From positions 1,930 to 65,929 of the forward strand of contig JAIYDA010000130.1 in the NCBI GenBank assembly GCA_027487735.1: a stretch of DNA of 64,000 nucleotides. The letters run 5' to 3'. The DNA is from Planctomycetaceae bacterium (GTDB taxonomy: Bacteria; Planctomycetota; Phycisphaerae; Phycisphaerales; UBA1924). Both the position numbers and the translations under genes were made by a program. Below, piece by piece: positions 37,413 to 46,331 of this stretch; within the stretch, counting starts at the first letter, position 1, and each line of letters starts with the position of its first letter. The notes under the pieces are model-generated. The model worked only from the letters and a program-made list of their open reading frames with translations. It was not told where the DNA came from and made no database searches.

Positions 37413-38060
37413 TCACCCCCCAAACGCCTTCTTGTAATCGTTCACAAAGATCTCAATCCCCTTGTCCGTCAGCGGGTGCTTCATGCAGTCCGTAATCACC
37501 TTCAGCGGGCACGTCGCGACGTCCGCCCCAGCAAGGGCGCAGTGCAGCAGGTGGTTGGTGTGGCGAATGCTCGCGGCGAGCAGCTTGGTCTTCATGCCGT
37601 AGGTGTCGTAGATGGCGCGAATGTCGCGGATGAGCTGCATGCCATCTTGCCCGATGTCGTCCAGGCGCCCGATGAATGGGCTGACGAGAAACGCCCCGGC
37701 CTTCGCGACCATCATGGCTTGCAAGGGCTGGAAGCAGAGCGTGAGGTTGGTCTTGATGCCATCGTCGCTAAAGGCCTTGCACGCCTTGAGGCCATCGAGC
37801 GTGCTGGGCAGCTTGACGACGATCTGCGGAGCGATCTTCACGTGCTCCTTGCCCTCGCGCATCATCCCCGCGAAGTCGGTTGCGATGACTTCCGCGCTCA
37901 CGGGCCCGCTGCACACCTTGCAGATCTCTTCCAGGCGCTTGCTGTAGGGCACGCCCTCCTTCGCGATGAGGCTGGGGTTGGTCGTCACGCCATCGAGCAC
38001 GCCCAGGTCGGCGGCTTGCTTGACTTCGTTGAGGGATGCACTGTCGAGATAGAGCTGCAT
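37413..38060 (-). CDS. fsa: Fructose-6-phosphate aldolase/transaldolase (short TalC/Fsa type)
   Basis: MQLYLDSASLNEVKQAADLGVLDGVTTNPSL...VKLPST..GLKA...TNLTLCF...SPFIGRLDD. Confidence 0.9.
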   Translation of the reverse strand: MQLYLDSASLNEVKQAADLGVLDGVTTNPSLIAKEGVPYSKRLEEICKVCSGPVSAEVIATDFAGMMREGKEHVKIAPQIVVKLPSTLDGLKACKAFSDDGIKTNLTLCFQPLQAMMVAKAGAFLVSPFIGRLDDIGQDGMQLIRDIRAIYDTYGMKTKLLAASIRHTNHLLHCALAGADVATCPLKVITDCMKHPLTDKGIEIFVNDYKKAFGG

Positions 38061-38084
38061 GCCGCAGGGTACTCCGCTCGGAGA

Positions 38085-38213
38085 GAGTGACAAGCGACAA
38101 GGGGCAGGCGACAAGATGTGGCACGATGGCATGAAGCGGACGGAAGGCCCTGCAGCTTCCTGTCACTGGTCACCTGTTCCCTGTTCCCTATTCCCTGTCA
38201 CTGCTCCTCCTCC
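38085..38213. repeat. Heptamer arrays in inverted orientation: G(C/T)GACAA units (38087-38115), then CCTGT(C/T)(A/C) units (38158-38213)
   Basis: gtgacaagcgacaaggggcaggcgacaag ... cctgtcactggtcacctgttccctgttccctattccctgtcactgctcc, in the divergent gap between the fsa start (38060) and the EamA start (38231). Confidence 0.7.
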
Positions 38214-38230
38214 GTCCCATACGCTCTTGC

Positions 38231-38764
38231 ATGGAAGCAACACACAAAGCCGTGCTTTTCGCAACCCTTGCGGGCATCTGCTGGGGTCTGGGTGAGGTCG
38301 CGACCAAGCAGGTGATGGCCAGCGGCACGATCGGGCCTTTTTCGGTGCTGCTCGTGCGGGTCGCGGGGGCACTGCTGCCCACGATGATCGTCTATGCCAT
38401 CGCGATGTACGTGATGAAATCCGAGCCCGCGCAGTGGTGGACGATGCCCACCCCCATCATGCTCAAGCTGCTGCTGGGCACCACACTCATGGCGGGGTTC
38501 GCGGGCGTGCTGTTCTTTTACTTGGGCCTCAAGTTTGGCGAGATCAGCGTCGTGAAACCCATCGCCTTCGTGCTCGCGCCCTCGATCGCGGTGCTCGTGG
38601 GCTGGTTGTTTTTGAAGGAATCGATGAACTGGCAGCGCGGCATTGGCGTTGTGATGGGCCTCGCGAGCGTGATTTTGATCGCTACTAGCCACAAGTCGCA
38701 TGGCCCCGCCCACAGCCCAGCCCCCGCCCCGGCCCCGGCCCCTGCCCAGCAATCCCCGCAATGA
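38231..38764 (+). CDS. EamA/DMT-superfamily small membrane transporter
   Basis: Five hydrophobic segments, with LFATLAGICWGLGEVATK and EISVVKPIAFVLAPSIAVLVGWLFLKE. Confidence 0.6.
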   Translation: MEATHKAVLFATLAGICWGLGEVATKQVMASGTIGPFSVLLVRVAGALLPTMIVYAIAMYVMKSEPAQWWTMPTPIMLKLLLGTTLMAGFAGVLFFYLGLKFGEISVVKPIAFVLAPSIAVLVGWLFLKESMNWQRGIGVVMGLASVILIATSHKSHGPAHSPAPAPAPAPAQQSPQ

Positions 38765-39222
38765 GCCAGCGTGTCTTCATCTCTCGCGCCACCATGGCCG
38801 ACGCCCAGGCGATCGCCCCGCTGTTTGATGGCTACCGCCAGTTTTATGGCAAGCAAAGCGACTTCGACCGCGCGCACTGGTTCATCAGCGAGCGCCTGCT
38901 GCGGGGTGAGTCGGTCATCTTTGTCGCCACCGTGCCGCAAGTGCATGGCTTGGCTGGATTTACGCAGCTTTACCCCACGTTCACGAGCGTCAACACCGCC
39001 CGCATCTGGCACCTGAACGACCTGTTCGTCGCCCCCAGCGCGCGGCGGCTGGGCGTCGCGAAGGCCCTCATGCAGCACGCCATCGCCTTCGCGCGCCAAG
39101 ATGGCGCGCTGCGGCTCACGCTCGAAACCGCGGCGGACAACGCCCCGGCCCGGGCCTTGTACGAAAGCCTTGGGATGACGCTGGGCACGACGTTCGTGAA
39201 GTATGCCCTTGCGATGGAGTAG
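38761..39222 (+). CDS. GNAT-family N-acetyltransferase
   Basis: LNDLFVAPSARRLGVAKALMQHAIAFARQDGALRLTLETAADNAPARALYESLGM. ATGA overlap with the upstream gene. Confidence 0.85.
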   Translation: MSQRVFISRATMADAQAIAPLFDGYRQFYGKQSDFDRAHWFISERLLRGESVIFVATVPQVHGLAGFTQLYPTFTSVNTARIWHLNDLFVAPSARRLGVAKALMQHAIAFARQDGALRLTLETAADNAPARALYESLGMTLGTTFVKYALAME

Positions 39223-39393
39223 GGCTCTGGATTCAGGCGATGGAATGAGAGATTTTCGGAAAATGTGCGGGGGCGGGCTTTCGGTCCTCGCGCTTCTTCA
39301 ACTTGCCTTTTTCCTCGGACACTGTCTATCATCGAGGCCCCACACGCCTTGTTGGCTGCCTGGGACCCTGCTCTGTTTGCTTTCGGACCGCGT

Positions 39394-39774
39394 ATGCCCA
39401 CGATCAACCAACTCGTTCGCAAGCCCCGCCGCAGCCTGGCCAAGATCAACAAGGTCAAGGACCTCGTGGGCTGCCCCCAGCGTCGCGGCGTGTGCCAGAT
39501 CGTGCGAACGATGACGCCCAAGAAGCCCAACTCGGCTCTGCGCAAGATCGCCCGCGTCCGCCTGTCCAACGGCAAGGAAGTCACAGCGTACATCGGCGGT
39601 GAGGGCCACAACCTGCAGGAGCACAGCATTGTGCTCGTGCGTGGCGGCCGCGTGCGCGACCTTCCGGGCGTGCGCTACCACATCGTGCGCGGCACGCTGG
39701 ACTGCCTGGGCGTCGAAGGCCGCAAGCAGGGTCGCAGCAAGTATGGCGCGAAGGTCGCCAAGGCCAAGAAGTAA
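39394..39774 (+). CDS. rpsL: 30S ribosomal protein S12
   Basis: [13 protein letters not shown]...[22 protein letters not shown]...[19 protein letters not shown]. Confidence 0.95.
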   Translation: MPTINQLVRKPRRSLAKINKVKDLVGCPQRRGVCQIVRTMTPKKPNSALRKIARVRLSNGKEVTAYIGGEGHNLQEHSIVLVRGGRVRDLPGVRYHIVRGTLDCLGVEGRKQGRSKYGAKVAKAKK

Positions 39775-39943
39775 GCACCACAAGCTTTTCCTCAGGCGAG
39801 GCGCCCGCGCGGGCCGCTTCGCACGGGTTTTCTCACCGTCCCGCGCATGGCAGTAATGCAACCCTCGCGGCTTTCCATGGCCCTCGCGTTGCATGAACGA
39901 GCGGTGCCGACTTCGGCATCGCCAGCCCAGATAGGAGTTTCTC

Positions 39944-40441
39944 ATGGGTGGCAAGCGTTTTACGTCGGCAGAGATGCAGCTTCGTCCGGACCCGCGGTAT
40001 GGTGATCGCGCTCTGTCGCGCTTCATCAACTGCCTCATGCGTCAGGGTCGCAAGAGCGTTGCCCAGCGCGTCGTCTACGACGCGATGGACATCATCCAGG
40101 ACAAGCTCGGCAAGGAAACCGCGCCCGAGGCCCCGAAGGAAGCGATCGAAGTTTTCCGCATGGCGGTCGAGAACGTGAAGCCCTTCGTCGAAGTGCGCAG
40201 CAAGCGTGTGGGGGGTGCGAACTATCAGGTGCCCCTGCCCGTGAAGCAGAAGCGCGCTCAGAGCCTTGCGTATCGCTGGATCATCGAAGCCGTCCGCGGC
40301 GAGAAGGGCCGCCCCATCGCCAACCGCCTCGCCGACGAGCTGTATGGCGCGGCAAAGAAGGAAGGCAAGGCGATGACGACCCGCGACCAGACGCACCGCA
40401 TGGCTGAGGCCAACCGCGCGTACGCCCACTTCGCGAACTGA
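39944..40441 (+). CDS. rpsG: 30S ribosomal protein S7
   Basis: LRPDPRYGDRALSRFINCLMRQGRKSVAQRVVYDAM...VEVRSKRVGGANYQVP...MAEANRAYAHF. Confidence 0.95.
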   Translation: MGGKRFTSAEMQLRPDPRYGDRALSRFINCLMRQGRKSVAQRVVYDAMDIIQDKLGKETAPEAPKEAIEVFRMAVENVKPFVEVRSKRVGGANYQVPLPVKQKRAQSLAYRWIIEAVRGEKGRPIANRLADELYGAAKKEGKAMTTRDQTHRMAEANRAYAHFAN

Positions 40442-40699
40442 TTGGTCGCCCGGTTGTGGCCAGCTTGTGGTCAGCCTCAGGGCTGGCTTGCGACCGGCCA
40501 GTGACGGCGTTCTCGCGTCGCTGGCTTCAAATGAACTTTGCGAAGTCTTCTCCTCGTGAACCTCATCAACCCCCGGGCCCATGGCTCGGGGGCTTTTCTT
40601 TCAGCACGCGTGCAGGCCAGCGAACACGCCAGAACTTCCGCACACAGCTTCGCGTACGGTGCGCTTCCGACCAGTGCCCGTTGCCCGCGCGAAGAACCG

Positions 40700-42037
40700 A
40701 TGCCCAGCCTTGTCCATGCCCTGGCCCGCCTCCGCACGCTCGTTCGCGGGCGCGATGTCGCTGTGGTGGCATTGCTCTATGTGCTGCTCGTCGCCCTCGG
40801 CACCTGGGAGGGGTACGCCTTCACCACCACGCTGCCCGAAGCCGTGAGCATGCCTCGACAGCGGCTGCACAACCTGCTCGATGGCCTGCTGCTCCACGGT
40901 CGGATCGCGGCGAAGCTCGTCCGCGAGCGCGTCTATCACGTGGGCGACCTTGGCTTTCCGCTCGTGATGCATGCCGTGGGGTGGGGCGTGCACGCGTGCG
41001 TGCTCGTCTTCTTTCTTGCTTGCCGGCGTGGGCTGGTGGCCTGGTGGACGAGGCGGGCGCTTGGTTCTGAGGCAGCGCCCCAGCCAGAACACGTCGCGGC
41101 GGGCGCGGCAACAGTCGCAATGGCGCAATCGACGCAGACGCTCGCGCCGCTGCCGCGCGTGGTGTCACGCCGTCGCATGTTGCTGGATGCGGGCGCTGGG
41201 CTCACAACGCTCGCGGGTGCGGGTCTTGCGTACGACGCGTTTGTGTACGAGCCCTTTGCGGTGCGGGTGGCGCGATACACGATCGCGATCAAGGGCTTGC
41301 CCAAGCAGCTTGAGGGCGTGCGCATGGTGCAACTGACGGACACGCACGTGGGGCGACGCGTGCCCGCGGTGTATGTGCGGCAGGTTGCGGAGCGGGCGAT
41401 TGGGCTGCGGCCCGATGTGGTGCTGCTGACGGGCGACTACGTGCACTCGGGCGAGGGGCACGTGCAGGCGAGCATCGCGAGCTTTGCGCCGGTATTGGGC
41501 GCGAAGGTGCCCGTGGTTGCGGTGCTGGGCAACCATGACTTTTATGGTGCGGACAAAGCCCTGCGGCGCGAGTTCGCGCGTTATGGCGTGCCCTTGCTCG
41601 AGAATGGGCGGTTGTTTCTCGATGCGGCAACGCGCACGCTGCTGGAGGTGCCCGCCGGCCCAGCGCTCTGCATCGCGGGCCTGAGCGACTACACCGAGGA
41701 TCGCATCATCCCAGCCAAGGCTCTTGCGGGCGTGGACGAGGCGATGCCGCGGATCGTGCTCTGTCATAACCCCGACGCCGCGGAGGATGCCACGCTGCTC
41801 GCAACGGGGCTGCGGATTGATCTGATGCTGAGCGGGCACACGCACGGCGGGCAGGTGCGCCTGCCCTTGCTTGGCACTCCGATCGTGCCCAGCAAGTTTG
41901 GCAGCAAGTATGCGGCGGGGCTCGTGGCTGGGCCTGCATTCCCAGTGCTCGTGTGCCGCGGGATCGGGATGTCGATCATCCCGGTGCGCTGGAATGTGCC
42001 GCCGGAGATTCTGGAGCTGACGCTGGTGGGGGCGTAG
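40700..42037 (+). CDS. Membrane-anchored metallophosphoesterase
   Basis: N-terminal TM segments, then LTDTHVG, LLTGDYVH, VLGNHDFY, LCHNPD, and SGHTHGGQ. Confidence 0.85.
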   Translation: MPSLVHALARLRTLVRGRDVAVVALLYVLLVALGTWEGYAFTTTLPEAVSMPRQRLHNLLDGLLLHGRIAAKLVRERVYHVGDLGFPLVMHAVGWGVHACVLVFFLACRRGLVAWWTRRALGSEAAPQPEHVAAGAATVAMAQSTQTLAPLPRVVSRRRMLLDAGAGLTTLAGAGLAYDAFVYEPFAVRVARYTIAIKGLPKQLEGVRMVQLTDTHVGRRVPAVYVRQVAERAIGLRPDVVLLTGDYVHSGEGHVQASIASFAPVLGAKVPVVAVLGNHDFYGADKALRREFARYGVPLLENGRLFLDAATRTLLEVPAGPALCIAGLSDYTEDRIIPAKALAGVDEAMPRIVLCHNPDAAEDATLLATGLRIDLMLSGHTHGGQVRLPLLGTPIVPSKFGSKYAAGLVAGPAFPVLVCRGIGMSIIPVRWNVPPEILELTLVGA

Positions 42038-42108
42038 AGGGGGGAGCGGGGAACGGGGAACGGGGAGCGGGAAACAGGGGACAGGAAACAAGGGACAGGA
42101 CAACGGAC
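42038..42108 (+). repeat. Heptamer array of G-runs (GAACGGG/GAGCGGG/GGACAGG types) directly after the stop codon
   Basis: ggggggagcggggaacggggaacggggagcgggaaacaggggacaggaaacaagggacaggacaacgg. This is the reverse-complement family of the 38158-38213 array and fits a G-quadruplex pattern. Confidence 0.7.
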
Positions 42109-42225
42109 GATGTCTGCTTCCTCGCATCTCCCACACATCTCTTCTCATCTTGCTCTGCATCTCTGAGTCTCTGTGCTAAAAACGGAACCGTCCGACTCGC
42201 TCGAACCTTCCCCGCGCGCAAGAGA

Positions 42226-42254
42226 AACACCCCGCGTTTGTCACGCGGGGTGTT
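42226..42254 (-). terminator. Strong hairpin, possible minus-strand terminator
   Basis: Perfect 11-bp stem aacaccccgcg / cgcggggtgtt with loop tttgtca. On the minus strand it is followed by tctctt. No convincing ORF ends next to it. Confidence 0.35.
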
Positions 42255-42725
42255 CGATGGTGGTGCGGCGGGAAAGTGGTGGTGAAGACACCCGCCGCGT
42301 GGGTTGAGCACCGCATGGGTTGAGCAGTGGGTGCAATGCCTTGCAGCGCGGGGGCGGTGCAAGACTGGTGGGCAAGGCCTGCGGGGACAGGGCTGTCGGA
42401 AGCTATTGCGTGCCGCCAAAGCCGGGCGACGTCCTTGTCGCTTGGGCACTGGTCGTTTGCACGCATGCTCGCTGCGCCAGGGATGCGTCCTTGCACCTTG
42501 GCTGCGACCCGCAAAGCTTGGGCTCGGGGCGGGCTCTTTCGAGCTCGCGGGGTCGAGCGGTCAATCAACAAACACAGGCTCAGCACACGCAGGCCCTGCA
42601 CGTCGAAGGTCTGCGGCTGGTGACACGTGGCAAGGAGGAAAGCGTGCAAACGACGCGCACACTGCATGCCAGATGTCACCAGCCACGCACCCTCAGGGCA
42701 ATCACGGGCACCACACTCAGCACGA

Positions 42726-43199
42726 TCACTCCTTCCGCGTCGCGGCGCCCGCGTCGGGCTTGCTCTCGGTGCGGCGCATCGTGCTGGGCAGGCGCTTGAA
42801 GCGTTCTGCCATGCCTTGCTCCCACGTCTCGCGGTCCCAGAGTTCCATCCGCTGCCCCGCGCCCACGAGCATGACGTCGCTGCGCAGGCCCGTGAGCTCG
42901 AGCTGAAACTTCGGAATCGCGATGCGACCGGCAGAATCGAGCTCGCTGCGATCGGCCATGCCGAAGTAGTCGGGCTCGCCCTCCTCTGCATCCTCGCTCG
43001 GGGCCAGGCTCTGGGCCCTTGCCCTGGTGAGGGCGATGAAGCTCGCCTCGGTGAAGATCAGCAAGCGCTGATGCTTCCAAGGCACGGTGTAGAAGGCGTT
43101 GCCATCCCTCTCAGGAACCAGCAACGCACGCTGCTTCGCCGGGATCGCCAGGCGAAACTTCGCGTCGATGGTGAGTGGTGCGTGACCCGTAAAGATCAT
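42726..43199 (-). CDS. mraZ: Transcriptional regulator MraZ
   Basis: MIFTGHAPLTIDAKFRLAIPAKQR... and a second SpoVT/AbrB-like repeat LDSAGRIAIPKFQ. Confidence 0.85.
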   Translation of the reverse strand: MIFTGHAPLTIDAKFRLAIPAKQRALLVPERDGNAFYTVPWKHQRLLIFTEASFIALTRARAQSLAPSEDAEEGEPDYFGMADRSELDSAGRIAIPKFQLELTGLRSDVMLVGAGQRMELWDRETWEQGMAERFKRLPSTMRRTESKPDAGAATRKE

Positions 43200-43405
43200 G
43201 CTGCGTTCTCATCACCGAGCGTGCACACCGTCGCGACGTCCGTGACGCGAGTGATGCACTTTGCGAAGGGAAGCCGATGCACGTCCTTGTGCACCACGAT
43301 GCGAGTCAAGCTCAAACAGCTTGCTTGCCTTGCTCGTGCGGGTCGTGCGATTTGTGGGCGAACGGCACACGCGAGCGGGCAACGAGCAGAGTTTACAACA
43401 TTTCG

Positions 43406-43431
43406 CCCCACAACGCAACACTTCACCCCAC
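43406..43431 (-). promoter_or_regulatory. Two GTGGGG boxes 20 bp apart upstream of mraZ (candidate MraZ operator)
   Basis: The minus strand reads aaaGTGGGGtgaagtgttgcgttGTGGGGcgaa, about 210-230 nt upstream of the mraZ ATG. The resemblance to the G-rich direct-repeat boxes bound by MraZ elsewhere is an inference. Confidence 0.25.
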
Positions 43432-43617
43432 TTTTTCTCACAAAATGGGAAGAAGTGACACAGTTCCTCACGCGTGACACCGAACGTGCCGCGAACAACT
43501 CGCTTCCGTTTGCAAGGTGTTTGGATTTATGGGTGGCGGGCTCGCTCGTGGCATGCACGTTGGCGGCTCGTTCATCGCTTCGAGCAAGCCGAAAGCTAAC
43601 TCCCCCAAAGCCAGAAT

Positions 43618-44814
43618 CTACGCCCCGCGCTCGCCAGCACTCTCCAGCGGCGCCACGCACAAGCTATCGATGTGCTGCAGCAGTGCGGCATCGAAGTGGC
43701 TCTCGTGGAACTTCTCCGCGTGTACGCGGCACGCTGCGTCGCAGCGCTGCGGGCAGCGGATGATCGCGGGCACGATGGCGTCGATCGAGTCGCTGTCGAA
43801 GAGCGAGCCCGTGACGCCATCCGCCACGGTGTCCATCGCGCCGCCCGCGCGGCGGGCCACCACGGGCAAGCCGCAGGCCTGGGCCTCGACCGCAGAGATG
43901 CCAAAGTCCTCGATCTGCGGGTAGAGCAGCAGCCTCGCGGAGCGGTAGTGCTCGCGCAGCGCTTCTTCGCTCACGCGACCCAAAAACTCCACGGTGTCGC
44001 CCGCGAGGGCGCGGAGGCGCTTCTCCATCGTGCCCGTGCCCACGATGAGCAGGCGATGGTGCAGCTTGTTCGCAGCCTGGATGGCAAGGTCGACGCGCTT
44101 GTAGGGCTCGAGCGCGCCGACGTAGAGCCAGTGCTCGCCCCGTGCCAAGCCCATGCGCTCGATGCTGGGGGAGAAAAAATCGGTGCGCACGGGCGGAAAC
44201 ACCACCTGCGCGGTGCGCTCATATGCCCGCGTCACCTGCTCCGCAGTGTGCGAACTGTTGGCGAGCATGCGCGTCACGCTGTCGCTGCTGCTGCTGATCT
44301 GGTCCCAGCGTCGGAAGCTCTCGGCCGCGTAGCGCAGCCCGATGCTGCGCAGGCTGAAGTCGCGCGTGTATTCTGCCTGCTGCCCGTAGATGTATCGCGC
44401 GGGCGCGTGGCAATAGCACAGGTGCGGCACGCCCTGGGGCGGGCGGATGCCCTTGGCAGCGCAGCTCGAGCTGCTGATGACCAGGTCGATGCGCTTCTGG
44501 CGGTGCATCGCATCGAGCTTGCGCGACAGGCTGCGCATCGCCTTGGGGTAGTAGCCCAGCAGGTAGCGCCGCATGGGGTTGGCAAAGGGCCAGCGGCCCA
44601 CGTTGCTCACGTAGCGAGGCGTCGCGTCGATCGCGGGCGCAACGGGCTTGCCATCGTCAAACATCACCAGCAGGCCCGCGAGGTCGTGGTAGGTGCGAAC
44701 GATCTTCACCATGCGTTCGAGCACGCCCTCGCCACCGCGATAGCCGCAGAGCCAGTCGTGCACGAGCACGATGCGCAGGGGCCTCTGGAGGTTGGAACGC
44801 AGCGGGCTGACCAC
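43618..44814 (-). CDS. GT-B glycosyltransferase (family 4-like)
   Basis: RIVLVHDWLCGYRGGE..., and C-terminal EDFGISAVEAQACGLPVVA (EX7E). GTG start. Confidence 0.8.
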   Translation of the reverse strand: MVSPLRSNLQRPLRIVLVHDWLCGYRGGEGVLERMVKIVRTYHDLAGLLVMFDDGKPVAPAIDATPRYVSNVGRWPFANPMRRYLLGYYPKAMRSLSRKLDAMHRQKRIDLVISSSSCAAKGIRPPQGVPHLCYCHAPARYIYGQQAEYTRDFSLRSIGLRYAAESFRRWDQISSSSDSVTRMLANSSHTAEQVTRAYERTAQVVFPPVRTDFFSPSIERMGLARGEHWLYVGALEPYKRVDLAIQAANKLHHRLLIVGTGTMEKRLRALAGDTVEFLGRVSEEALREHYRSARLLLYPQIEDFGISAVEAQACGLPVVARRAGGAMDTVADGVTGSLFDSDSIDAIVPAIIRCPQRCDAACRVHAEKFHESHFDAALLQHIDSLCVAPLESAGERGA

Positions 44815-44977
44815 AGGGTTGCACTTTACCCTCTTTGCCCCCCCGGCACCACGGGCACTTTCGAGAGATTATCGCCAGCGTGCCCTCGCGGCCCACACAA
44901 CAATCGCCCGCCCCCGCCCGCGATCCGCGGCAGGGGCAACCGCGGCTTGCTCGCGGCATCTTACCTGGTCTGTGCGC

Positions 44978-46249
44978 ATGCCCCAAACGCCCCCCTACGC
45001 CCTCACGCCCGCCCAGCGCCCGCAGCGCCCAGAGAACACGCTCGGGCTCGACTATGAGCGCGAGCTTGCCGCGCTCTCGGCCAGGCAGGCGGGACCAACT
45101 GGGCTCATGCCCCCGATCATCGACATCCACAACCACATCAATGGCGTGGAGGCACCGCGCATCTACGCCCGCGTGATGCGGGCAGCGAACATCTCGCACG
45201 CCTTCACGATGGTGCGGATTGATGAGGCGCACACGGTGCGACGGGTGATGCGTGAGGCCTACCCGATGCGGGAGGGGCAGAGCAACGCTCAATCCGGCAC
45301 GACATCGGGCACGACATCGGGCACGACACCGGGCACGACACCGACCAAGACCCCCGGCACTTCGCTCGACGAAAGCCCCGACCGCGTGCACTTCATCGCC
45401 TTTCCCAACTTCCGCCAAGAGAACCGGGCCCGCGCCTTTGGCGAGGGGTTCCTCACCGACATCGCGCGGTTTCACGCAGAGCTGGGCTCGCGGTGCATCA
45501 AGCTGTGGAACGCGCCGCGGCTGTATGAGGTGTTGCCGCGCGAGCAGTGGGGGGAGCTGATTCCGTTCGACGCGCCCTGGCGTGTGCGGCACGTGGAGCT
45601 TGCGCAGCAGCTGGGCATGGGCATCATGGTGCACGTGGCCGACCCCGACACGTGGTTCGCGACCAAGTACAACGACGCGAGCACGTTCCCTCCGAAGCCC
45701 GAGCACTACAAACCACTGGAGCGCATGCTCGACCGCTTCGCGGGCCCGTGGATCGCGGCCCACATGGGGGGCTGGCCCGAGGACCTCGCGTTTCTCGATG
45801 GGCTCTTGTCGCGCCACCCAAACCTCTGGCTCGACACCAGCGCAACGAAGTGGATCGTCCGCGAGCTGAGCAAACACCCCAAGGGCCGCGTGCTCGACTT
45901 TCTCCACAAGTTTCGCGGGCGCATCTGCTTCGGCAGCGACATCGTGACCACCGACGAGCACCTCGCACCCCACCCCAGCGGCACGACGCACCCCATGGGC
46001 GCACTCGCCGACAGCCCCGAGAGCGCGCACGACCTCTACGCCAGCCGCTACCTCGCGCTGCGGCTCATGTTCGAGACCGACTACGAGGGCCAGAGCCCCA
46101 TCGCCGACCCCGACCTGCGCATGGTCGATCCGAGCATCACGAGCCCGCTCGCGGCGCCGCCCCTGCGTGGCCTCGCGCTGCCGCCCGACATGCTCGACGA
46201 CCTGTATCGCCGGGCGTCGCGGGCTTTCCTGCGGGGCGTTGGGCTGTGA
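44978..46249 (+). CDS. Amidohydrolase-superfamily (TIM-barrel metal-dependent hydrolase) protein
   Basis: IIDIHNHI (HxH), MVHVAD, AAHMGGWP, and CFGSDIV. It contains a low-complexity SGTTSGTTSGTTPGTTP insert. Confidence 0.7.
   Translation: MPQTPPYALTPAQRPQRPENTLGLDYERELAALSARQAGPTGLMPPIIDIHNHINGVEAPRIYARVMRAANISHAFTMVRIDEAHTVRRVMREAYPMREGQSNAQSGTTSGTTSGTTPGTTPTKTPGTSLDESPDRVHFIAFPNFRQENRARAFGEGFLTDIARFHAELGSRCIKLWNAPRLYEVLPREQWGELIPFDAPWRVRHVELAQQLGMGIMVHVADPDTWFATKYNDASTFPPKPEHYKPLERMLDRFAGPWIAAHMGGWPEDLAFLDGLLSRHPNLWLDTSATKWIVRELSKHPKGRVLDFLHKFRGRICFGSDIVTTDEHLAPHPSGTTHPMGALADSPESAHDLYASRYLALRLMFETDYEGQSPIADPDLRMVDPSITSPLAAPPLRGLALPPDMLDDLYRRASRAFLRGVGL
45296..45343 (+). repeat. Four tandem 12-bp units GGCACGACA(T/C)CG, in frame (encoding (SGTT)n)
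   Basis: Read directly: ggcacgacatcg ggcacgacatcg ggcacgacaccg ggcacgacaccg. Confidence 0.85.
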
Positions 46250-46331
46250 GCGAAGTTCATCGGTGGGTGCAACCAGCGGCTTAGCCTTGTGCGGTGCCCA
46301 AGACCTCTGCCCGCGTGCCCAACCGCCTGAC

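Noticed and set aside
42191-42215. tRNA-like fragment ccgactcgctcgaaccttccccgcg resembling the T-arm/acceptor of tRNA-Lys (ggactcgaaccttcgacccgc); considered as a second att site
   Set aside because: Only an 11-nt exact core (ctcgaaccttc) is shared, with an indel. It lies on the wrong side of the tRNA (upstream of its 5' end, 28 kb away) to delimit an island inserted at the 3' end. It is most likely a chance T-arm-like sequence or an old fragment.
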